Shown here piece by piece: positions 57,022 to 64,000 of a stretch of 64,000 nt of DNA. The first letter of the stretch is position 1. Each line of letters opens with the position of its first letter. The notes below the pieces were generated by a model. It did no database searches. It was given only the letters and a program-made list of their open reading frames with translations, and was not told where the DNA came from. The stretch covers positions 376 to 64,375 of the forward strand of contig JAPLWI010000014.1 of assembly GCA_026396675.1 (NCBI GenBank). Reading direction: 5' to 3'. Source of the stretch: Candidatus Kaiserbacteria bacterium. Its GTDB lineage: Bacteria; Patescibacteriota; Minisyncoccia; Phycocordibacterales; Phycocordibacteraceae. The position numbers and the translations under genes are program-made.

Positions 57022-57050
57022 AAGGGCCGTCATTTTTTGACGGCCTTTTT
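57022..57050 (+). terminator. Intrinsic terminator
   Basis: GGCCGTCA-tttt-TGACGGCC followed by TTTTT. Confidence 0.75.
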
Positions 57051-57100
57051 AATTTTTAGCCAGATTTGCGGAAATGTTCTAAACAAGATAAGATGGTTTT

Positions 57101-57544
57101 ATGAAAGTTATTTTACTGAAAGACGTGAAGGGAATCGGGCATGCACACGAGGCGATTGATACATCTGATGGTTACGCATTAAATTTTCTCATACCGAAAA
57201 AACTCGCGATTTCTGCAACTCCTGCTGCTCAACAGGAAGCCGAACTGCGCCGCAAACAGGCAATAAATCGCGCTGAACTTGACGCGAAACTTCTCGCACA
57301 AAATATCGCCGCGCTTGCCGAAGCGCGCATTGTGATTAGAGCGAAGGCAAATGAGAAAAGTCATCTATATGATGGAGTAGGGGAGCCCGAAATTAGCAAG
57401 GCCGTAAAAGAACAAGCGCGCATCGATGTACCAGAAGACGCAATAAAACTAGAAAAACCGATTAAAGAACTCGGCACTTTTGATATCCCAGTCGCTGCAG
57501 CTGGAGCATTTGGAAAATTCTCCATCACCATCGAGGCGGAGTGA
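57101..57544 (+). CDS. rplI: 50S ribosomal protein L9
   Basis: [18 protein letters not shown] and PIKELG. Confidence 0.95.
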   Translation: MKVILLKDVKGIGHAHEAIDTSDGYALNFLIPKKLAISATPAAQQEAELRRKQAINRAELDAKLLAQNIAALAEARIVIRAKANEKSHLYDGVGEPEISKAVKEQARIDVPEDAIKLEKPIKELGTFDIPVAAAGAFGKFSITIEAE

Positions 57545-57638
57545 GGTGTTTCCTTACGGAGTAAGGTGACACCTCGCTCCGCGAGGAATCACCTCACGAC
57601 ATAAATAAGGAGACACCTCGTTCCACGAGGAGTCACCT
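57544..57638. repeat. Array of five AGG-N5-CCT palindromic units
   Basis: AGGTGTTTCCT, AGGTGACACCT, AGGAATCACCT, AGGAGACACCT and AGGAGTCACCT, mostly at a 20-bp period. Confidence 0.75.
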
Positions 57639-57644
57639 TATTTT

Positions 57645-57917
57645 CTAAACAACATCAACAACTTTTTTGGCGATAACGTGACCAGTAAAATTTGTCTTGC
57701 GTCGTGTGCGAAAAGCAACTTTGCCAGCGGCAATTGAGAACAATGTGTGATCGCGGCCGACACGTACATTCCTTCCTGCTTCAATCTTTGTGCCGCGCTG
57801 GCGGACGATAATCATACCTGGGCGAACTGTTGCGCCGTCAGCGAGCTTAACCCCGAGATATTTCGGGTTTGAATCGTTTAGGTTTTTCACCGATCCTCCA
57901 GCTTTTGTATGTGCCAT
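57645..57917 (-). CDS. rpmA: 50S ribosomal protein L27
   Basis: [18 protein letters not shown] and GRDHTLF. Confidence 0.96.
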   Translation of the reverse strand: MAHTKAGGSVKNLNDSNPKYLGVKLADGATVRPGMIIVRQRGTKIEAGRNVRVGRDHTLFSIAAGKVAFRTRRKTNFTGHVIAKKVVDVV

Positions 57918-57936
57918 AGTGGTATAGTTTTACCTG

Positions 57937-58317
57937 ATGACTATAGCAGAAGCTCGTGAGAAATGCAAAGGTTTTATGACGCGTATTCCGCGCGATGTTC
58001 TCATTATCGCGGTGCTTATCCTCGCCTCATTGGCGAGCTTTGGACTGGGATATTTAGCCGCCCCAATGCCGGAAGTTGCCTGTGCATTGAGTCAGCCAGT
58101 TGGGGCAGGGAATACGGAAGCTCTCAACGGAGAAGCAACATCGGCCCATTCGACAAGCTCAGGGCAAGCAGTAGGGAAGTATGTGGCATCAAAAAATGGC
58201 ACGAAATACTATCTAACATCATGCGCGGGAGCGAATAAGATTTCAGATGCGAATAAAGTGTGGTTTGCATCTGCAATTGAAGCAAAAGCGGCTGGCTATA
58301 CGCCAGCCGCTGTCTGA
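57937..58317 (+). CDS. Membrane protein with a C-terminal Ada metal-binding-like domain
   Basis: TM helix, then YVASKNGTKYY..C...I...N..WF....A..AGY.P. Confidence 0.65.
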   Translation: MTIAEAREKCKGFMTRIPRDVLIIAVLILASLASFGLGYLAAPMPEVACALSQPVGAGNTEALNGEATSAHSTSSGQAVGKYVASKNGTKYYLTSCAGANKISDANKVWFASAIEAKAAGYTPAAV

Positions 58318-58900
58318 GTTTATCGAGGGCTTTGATATTATCAGCCGATATGGTCTCGCAGTTTCTTTTTTTGGTAGCGCCCGCACATCGTTTGAAAGTG
58401 ATGTTTATAAACATGCGGAAGAACTCGCCGCTCGTTTGGCGAAAAAAGGTTTTTCAGTAATTACCGGAGGCAGTTCTGGTGTTATGCAGGCCGCGAACAA
58501 AGGCGCGTTTGAATCAGGTGGTGTTTCGGTTGGATTAAATATTAATTTACCAGATACACAGGCCTTTAATCCGTACCTCACCGAACAGTTCGGATTCGAC
58601 CACTTCTTTGTGCGGAAGGTAATGCTCACATACGCTTCCGAGGTTTATGTTTATTTTCCTGGAGGATTTGGAACACTCAATGAATTTTTTGAAATTGTAA
58701 CACTTGTGCAAACCAAGAAGATTCGGAAAGTACCCCTCATCCTCTTCGGTAGGGAATACTGGGGACCCCTGCTCTCTTTCATTGAAAAAGTTCTATATGA
58801 AAAACATACGGCAATAAATAAAGAAGATATGAATTTGTATAAGTTAGTTGATTCGGTTGATGAAGCATACGAGTACATTATCGCGAACGTCTCTTGTTAA
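58247..58900 (+). CDS. LOG-family (TIGR00730-like) nucleotide phosphoribohydrolase; start uncertain
   Basis: FGSAR, ITGG..GVM, FFVRKVM and PGGFGTLNE. Confidence 0.85.
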   Translation: MRIKCGLHLQLKQKRLAIRQPLSEFIEGFDIISRYGLAVSFFGSARTSFESDVYKHAEELAARLAKKGFSVITGGSSGVMQAANKGAFESGGVSVGLNINLPDTQAFNPYLTEQFGFDHFFVRKVMLTYASEVYVYFPGGFGTLNEFFEIVTLVQTKKIRKVPLILFGREYWGPLLSFIEKVLYEKHTAINKEDMNLYKLVDSVDEAYEYIIANVSC

Positions 58901-58953
58901 TAGGGAGTAGCTAGTTTAGGCGAGATCTGCCTAACGATAAACGTCGCACAATA

Positions 58954-58987
58954 TATCTTTTACGACACCATGGTGTCGTAAAAGATA
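58954..58987. repeat. Perfect 34-bp palindrome
   Basis: TATCTTTTACGACACCA|TGGTGTCGTAAAAGATA. Confidence 0.8.
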
Positions 58988-59041
58988 GGCAACATTTTGC
59001 AACAGCAGAAAGCACTGTCGCAAGAATGTTGCCTCCCTGCC

Positions 59042-60370
59042 CTATAGATACGATAACGGATTCAAATATGCAGTTAACGTTGCCACCGGCATCGTTGCAT
59101 TTGCACATCCAGTGGATGCCCCACGGAATTGTTTAAGAGTCATAATTTCGGTACCTTCAGATGCATAAACGCCATAATGCAGATGCGGCCCAGTCGCATA
59201 GCCAGTCATACCCGAGAGGCCGATTATTTGTCCAACACTCACCTGCTGCCCTTTCCCAACATCGATGTTAGAGAGGTGAGCGTAAAGTGTGCTAATGCCG
59301 TTATTGTGTTTGATCATTACCCATTTGCCATAAGAATAACAACCTTTCACCAGATCTGTATTGCCAGTTGCCAAGATAGTACCACCACGCGATGCATATA
59401 TCGGCGTACCGATTGGCGCGGCGACATCAATTCCAGGATGTCCTCCGCTGTTGTACACTTGCGGATTTGCGGTTGCGAACGGAGTTGTACCGAAGTATTG
59501 AGAAATGCAAAAAAGATTTCCAAACGTACTTTTTCTTTGTGAACAATTAAACATGAACGCTGCGCTGAATGGCCAGGTAAGAACGCCTGATCCAACTTTA
59601 GGTAAAAGACCTGGATGTACGATTAAGTTCAATTGGCCCTGAAGGTCGGAAAGTTCTTGTTCAAATGATTTCTCCGCCGCCTTCTTCTGCGCGATTAACT
59701 TCTGATAACTTGATTCTTGATTTTTCGTATCTGAAAGAAGTTTCTGTTGCGCCGTCTTACTAGCATCCACAGATCGTTTCTGTAGAGTCAAATCATTTTT
59801 AAGCGATATAAGTTGCGTCTTTGCAGCAGTTACGGCATCACGGTCGATAGTTAATACTGTACGAACAGTTCGAAGATTGTCAATATTGTTTGAGAGTGCT
59901 CGATTAAACTGTATCGCCTTGTCAGTTTCTTGCCACGCCTCGCCAAGTGAGTCCGAAGAAATAAGTTCCGTGATGAGCGGTGTCTGTTCATTTTCGGCAA
60001 TACTCCGGAGTGCTTTTGAAATCGCGTCTTGGTTCTCAATAATAGATGTTTCTTTATTGCCAATAGAAAGGGTAAGTTGTTGTATTTGTAAATTTGCCGA
60101 AGCAATCTTATTTTGAGTTACTTGAATCTGTGTTGCTAATTGTTTTTGAGAAAGGGTAAGCGAACTGATTGTTGACTGGAGTGTATTTTTTTTCGTTCCA
60201 AGCGCATTAAGTTGATCTTGAAACGCAGCGATGTCCGCCTTAAGTGAGTCAAGTTGTCGATTATTTGCTTCAATTTTCGATTGAATATCTGATGCCGCAT
60301 CGGCATACGCAAATCTCGGTACGCCGAGAACGATACATACAAAGAATATAAAAAGCCCAATATGCTTCAT
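59042..60370 (-). CDS. M23 peptidase with a long coiled coil (EnvC/CwlO-like)
   Basis: Signal peptide, coiled coil, HPGID, YAHL and TGPHLH. Confidence 0.9.
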   Translation of the reverse strand: MKHIGLFIFFVCIVLGVPRFAYADAASDIQSKIEANNRQLDSLKADIAAFQDQLNALGTKKNTLQSTISSLTLSQKQLATQIQVTQNKIASANLQIQQLTLSIGNKETSIIENQDAISKALRSIAENEQTPLITELISSDSLGEAWQETDKAIQFNRALSNNIDNLRTVRTVLTIDRDAVTAAKTQLISLKNDLTLQKRSVDASKTAQQKLLSDTKNQESSYQKLIAQKKAAEKSFEQELSDLQGQLNLIVHPGLLPKVGSGVLTWPFSAAFMFNCSQRKSTFGNLFCISQYFGTTPFATANPQVYNSGGHPGIDVAAPIGTPIYASRGGTILATGNTDLVKGCYSYGKWVMIKHNNGISTLYAHLSNIDVGKGQQVSVGQIIGLSGMTGYATGPHLHYGVYASEGTEIMTLKQFRGASTGCANATMPVATLTAYLNPLSYL

Positions 60371-61728
60371 TAAGATAGTATAGCAATTGCCTTTCGTATT
60401 CGCGAAATCGTTTCTTCTTTACCGAGAATTGAAATGAGCGTGAATGGATCAGGCGAACGGTCTTGTCCGGAAAGAGCGTAACGAAGAGGCCAAAGCATGG
60501 CTCCCCTACCACCCTTTCCTTTTTCCTCTTCGGCGTCGGCGAGCGGCATAAGCGCGTTCTTGACTATCTCAGCTGATAAATCGTTAGGAAGGGCTTCTAT
60601 GGCCCCAGAAAGGCCTTCTAAGGCCGTTTTAGTCATATTTGGGCAATCATTCAGCTCCTTGGCGATGAGCTTATTCGGGTCAAGTGCGGGTTCATTAAAC
60701 AGACATGAAAGTTCGTTTGAAAGCATATCTTGTGCTTCTTGAAATGTCTTCGCGCGTTCCTTCAGAAGCGGCACGGCTTTCTTCAGAATTTCTGAATTGA
60801 GGGACTTCGTAAATCCATCATCTGATGATGGATTTACGAAGTCCAAACATGCAAGGAATTTTTCATCAGAAAGTTGCCGCATCCAATGCTGATTGACTGA
60901 AAGAAGTTTCGTTTCATCAAAGATGGCGCTTCCCTTCTGCACGCGCGAAAGATCAAATGCTTCAATAAGTTCTTTTTGCGAAAGATATTCACGATCATCA
61001 CCGGGATTCCAGCCGAGGAAAGAAAGATAATTGAGCATCGCTTCAGGCAAAAATCCTAGATCGCGGTATTCAGTCAATGCCTTTGCACCAGTGCGTTTTG
61101 AGAGCTTTGTGCGATCACTGCCGAGAATGAGCGGTAAATGCGCATACATTGGCGTAGTAAAACCGAGTGCACGCTGAATAAGAATTTGGCGTGGAGTATT
61201 TGAAATATGATCCTCTCCGCGAATAACATGTGTTACATTTTCATCCGCATCATCAACGACAACCGCGAAGTGAAACACCGCCTCATCAAAAGATCGCGCG
61301 ATGACAAAATCGCCGAGGTCGCTTACATCCATCGTTATATTGCCGCGAATAATATCCGTAAAAGAAACTGCACCACCAGGATTTCTGAAACGGATGACCT
61401 CTTCCCTATCGCCTGGATTTTTTGGCGTCTCTTTAGAAATATACGCACTATCATCTGCAACAAGTTTTTCAAGAAGCTCGCGATAACGTATTTTGTGTTC
61501 GCTCTGGCGATACTGTTGATCAGCGGCAAGATTAAGCCACGCAAGCGCCTCTTTAATATTTGATTCATATTCAGGTTTTGATCTTGCAGAATCAGTATCC
61601 TCTATGCGCAAAATAAATGAGCCACCGGAATGTCTCGCGAAAAGATATGCGAATACAGCTGTTCTGTAATTTCCGGCATGCAAGAGGCCAGTTGGTGAAG
61701 GTGCGAAACGGGTAACAAAATTGCTCAT
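60370..61728 (-). CDS. gltX: Glutamate--tRNA ligase
   Basis: TRFAPSPTG, LRIEDTD, HVIRGEDH and KLSKR. Confidence 0.96.
   Translation of the reverse strand: MSNFVTRFAPSPTGLLHAGNYRTAVFAYLFARHSGGSFILRIEDTDSARSKPEYESNIKEALAWLNLAADQQYRQSEHKIRYRELLEKLVADDSAYISKETPKNPGDREEVIRFRNPGGAVSFTDIIRGNITMDVSDLGDFVIARSFDEAVFHFAVVVDDADENVTHVIRGEDHISNTPRQILIQRALGFTTPMYAHLPLILGSDRTKLSKRTGAKALTEYRDLGFLPEAMLNYLSFLGWNPGDDREYLSQKELIEAFDLSRVQKGSAIFDETKLLSVNQHWMRQLSDEKFLACLDFVNPSSDDGFTKSLNSEILKKAVPLLKERAKTFQEAQDMLSNELSCLFNEPALDPNKLIAKELNDCPNMTKTALEGLSGAIEALPNDLSAEIVKNALMPLADAEEEKGKGGRGAMLWPLRYALSGQDRSPDPFTLISILGKEETISRIRKAIAILS
60802..60844. repeat. Palindromic element family A, copy 4 (in frame in gltX)
   Basis: GGACTTCGTAAATCCATCATC-t-GATGATGGATTTACGAAGTCC, encoding LDFVNPSSDDGFTKS. 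Confidence 0.9.
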
Positions 61729-62864
61729 GATTCGTGCGAAAGCGCAATTTCCAATACTCCGCGCGCGAGTACGCGCGCGGCATCTGGATCTGTAAATCCC
61801 TCAGCAGAAGCGCCCATACTCTTCATGAGTTTTGGATCATTAATAATGCGATGAATCTCGGAAATAAGGAGATGCGGTGTGAGATTTTCTTCTTCAATAA
61901 CGGCCGTAGCTCCCGTCTTTGCATAAGCATATGCATTACTGCGCTGGTCATGACTCACTGATTCTGGAATCGGGATGAGAATAGATGGCTTCTTCCAAAG
62001 GCCAATCTCTGCAATGCTGTTTGCTCCAGCTCGCGAAACGACGATATCCGCAACACCAGCCGCTCTCTGCAAAGCCATTTCTGAAAGATAATTAACAGGA
62101 TGATACCGACTCATATGTTGGTTCTTCGCGAGCACAACTTGCGCGACCGCTTCTACGTTCTTGAAATTAGCTTGTCCTGTTTGGTGAATGACATTTGCGA
62201 AAGAAACAAGATCCGGCAACGACGAAAGTATTGATTCATTTATGCGCGTCGAGCCCTGTGAGCCGCCGAGAATGAGAACGGCCGGTATGTCTTTTTCTAG
62301 TTCTAGATATTGTCGTGCGCCTTCGCTTTCAATTCGCATAAGCGCTTTACGAATCGGTATTCCAGTTCGCGCGATTTTATTTCTTATTTTTTTGGGAAAA
62401 TATTCAGCCGCACTTTCAAATGAAATAGCAATTTTTGTAGCAAATTTTGCAGCGAGTAAATTCGCACGACCCGGTTTAGCATCTGACTCATGGACAATAA
62501 TCGGAATACGAAGGAATCGTGCAGCAAGTACAACTGGCACGCTCCCATAACCGCCCTTAGAAACTACAACATCCGGATACAAGCGAAAGAGGACTATGAG
62601 CGCATACACTGTTCCGAAAAAAGTGACGAACGAATCGGTGACATTCCAAAATGAAAAATAACGGCGTATCTTCCCTGCCGGTATGCGTATAAACGATATT
62701 CTATTTTCAAACAGCGCTTTTTCGTCAAAAGGATTAGGCGCTAGATAATAGAGTTTTGGTGCTATGAGTCGCTCCTCGCGAACTAGGTCTTCAAGTGCCT
62801 CAGCAATCGCAATAATCGGGTAGAAATGTCCTCCGCTCCCTGCGCTCGTAAATGCGATAGTCAT
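61725..62864 (-). CDS. murG: Undecaprenyl-PP-MurNAc-pentapeptide GlcNAc transferase
   Basis: GSGGHFYP, KGGY, HESD, GGSQG, SRAG and DQ..NA. Confidence 0.94.
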   Translation of the reverse strand: MTIAFTSAGSGGHFYPIIAIAEALEDLVREERLIAPKLYYLAPNPFDEKALFENRISFIRIPAGKIRRYFSFWNVTDSFVTFFGTVYALIVLFRLYPDVVVSKGGYGSVPVVLAARFLRIPIIVHESDAKPGRANLLAAKFATKIAISFESAAEYFPKKIRNKIARTGIPIRKALMRIESEGARQYLELEKDIPAVLILGGSQGSTRINESILSSLPDLVSFANVIHQTGQANFKNVEAVAQVVLAKNQHMSRYHPVNYLSEMALQRAAGVADIVVSRAGANSIAEIGLWKKPSILIPIPESVSHDQRSNAYAYAKTGATAVIEEENLTPHLLISEIHRIINDPKLMKSMGASAEGFTDPDAARVLARGVLEIALSHES

Positions 62865-62892
62865 GATGTGAGTATTATACAGCAAGATGTTG

Positions 62893-62935
62893 GGACTTCG
62901 TAAATCCATCATCTGATGATGGATTTACGAAGTCC
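62893..62935. repeat. Palindromic element family A, copy 5 (intergenic, ftsW-murG)
   Basis: 43-mer identical to the gltX copy. Confidence 0.9.
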
Positions 62936-62943
62936 ATCACATT

Positions 62944-64000
62944 TCAGGTCTTGCGGTATGCCGCGACGTTGAGGATACAACCGCACATAAGGAGAACAGC
63001 CATGAGAGCGGTTCCTCCATGAGAAATAAAAGGCAATGGAAGTCCAGTTAGCGGAATAATACCGAGCATCGCGCAGATATTGCAAAATGCCTGCAAGATG
63101 ATGATGAAGGAGAATCCGAGAGCTACGAGTCCGCCAAAAAGGTCGCGCGAATTCCCCGCTATCACTATTCCGCGCGATGAAAGCGCGACAAAGAGCGCGA
63201 GAAGCATTGCCGCACCAACAAATCCTGTCTCTTCTGCAAAGACCGCAAATACAGAATCACCATCTGGCTCAGGTAAATAATTGAATTTTTCCACACTTTG
63301 GCCGAGCCCTCTGCCAAGAAGCCCACCAGAACCAATAGCAATTAATGATTGTTGTATTTGATATCCGCTACTTAAAGAATTCGCCGAAGGATTGAGAAAT
63401 GTCTTAACTCGCTCTAGCGCGTATGGTCGTACGAAAATAATCGTACTGAGCGCAATAATTGCGATAAGTGCGAGAATACAGAAATCGCGCCATGGAGCTC
63501 CAGCGACAAAATACATTACTGCTCCGGTCACGATTATAAGGATTGCCGTTGAGGTATTCGGTTGCGCCAAAAGAAGTACGCTGGGAATTAAGAGGATAGC
63601 TATGAATGGCAGTAGCCCTTTTTTCGGGCTCGCAAGTTGTCGTGCGTGTGGCGCGAGCCACCAAGCGAGTACCAGCACAAAGCCGATTTTAAGAAATTCT
63701 GACGGCTGTACGGTGGTGAAATGAAGATTAATCCAACGCGTTGCGCCTCCAGCATGGAATCCAATACCTGGGACAAAAACGAGTGCAGTAAAAATAAGTG
63801 TTGCGATGAACACGAACGGTGCAGATTTTTTCAACCATGCGAGCGGAACAGCGCGTGCAGTCAAGAGCGCCACAAGCCCAAGCCCAAGCCCGAGTCCCGC
63901 CTGAAGTAAGATATCTTTCGATACAGAACTACTTTCGCGAGCGAGGAGACCGAGCGCCGCAGAAGAAAATATTGCAAGACCGACGAATACGATTCCAAGC
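62944..64000 (-). CDS. ftsW: SEDS family protein FtsW (5' end outside the window)
   Basis: GATRWI, QPSEF.K, GYQ..QS, YLPE...D, TG.PLPFIS.GG; lies upstream of murG. Confidence 0.9.
   Translation of the reverse strand, partial: LGIVFVGLAIFSSAALGLLARESSSVSKDILLQAGLGLGLGLVALLTARAVPLAWLKKSAPFVFIATLIFTALVFVPGIGFHAGGATRWINLHFTTVQPSEFLKIGFVLVLAWWLAPHARQLASPKKGLLPFIAILLIPSVLLLAQPNTSTAILIIVTGAVMYFVAGAPWRDFCILALIAIIALSTIIFVRPYALERVKTFLNPSANSLSSGYQIQQSLIAIGSGGLLGRGLGQSVEKFNYLPEPDGDSVFAVFAEETGFVGAAMLLALFVALSSRGIVIAGNSRDLFGGLVALGFSFIIILQAFCNICAMLGIIPLTGLPLPFISHGGTALMAVLLMCGCILNVAAYRKT

Noticed and set aside
57544-57638. CRISPR array
   Set aside because: Units are 11 bp with 9-13 nt linkers and no cas genes are present; recorded as a REP-like cluster instead.
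62865-62912. MurG N-terminal extension MMDLRSPN...
   Set aside because: It derives from the intergenic palindrome; the real start follows TATAAT at 62864.
63874-63898. AAGCCC tandem repeat in ftsW
   Set aside because: It encodes a Gly-Leu run in a TM helix, is in frame and short, and shows no sign of phase variation.
1-64000. Alternative genetic code (TGA recoding)
   Set aside because: Many conserved genes end at TGA at the expected length and none shows an internal TGA.

Overview
This is a gene-dense chromosomal window from a small-genome bacterium. Gene content points to Patescibacteria/CPR (Parcubacteria-like), which is an inference: class I LysRS, a short RelA/SpoT, a short DnaX, a CPR-type pilin, a fragmented dcw cluster, and standard code with TGA as stop. 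It carries housekeeping genes for replication and repair (topA, dnaX, holB-like, dnaB, recR, parB, dprA, rmuC), translation (serS, proS, lysS, cysS, gltX, miaA, dus, fmt, def, frr, rplU, rplI, rpmA, 5 tRNAs) and the envelope (murA, murF, murG, ftsW, ftsI, two mreB, mreC, pbp2, mltG, M23). A MazEF pair is also present; I see no rRNA, CRISPR array, integrase or classical transposase. The most interesting signals are at DNA level. (1) A 277-bp element with 14-bp terminal inverted repeats and a 4-bp target duplication encodes only a GIY-YIG nuclease and sits in a TGATG gene junction, preserving translational coupling. (2) A non-coding MITE has similar CCCG ends. (3) A 42-51 bp palindrome family occurs in frame inside miaA, dus, holB and gltX, plus one intergenic copy, alongside several other in-frame palindrome families. 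(4) Unrelated orphan genes dispersed through the window share a TTGACA...YAGA promoter/leader layout, a Shine-Dalgarno site and in some pairs near-identical terminators, whereas core genes look leaderless. (5) A promoter plus hairpin converges on a NYN RNase gene, and a ~185-nt structured ncRNA candidate follows a small HNH gene. All product calls come from reading motifs by eye; no database searches were run.
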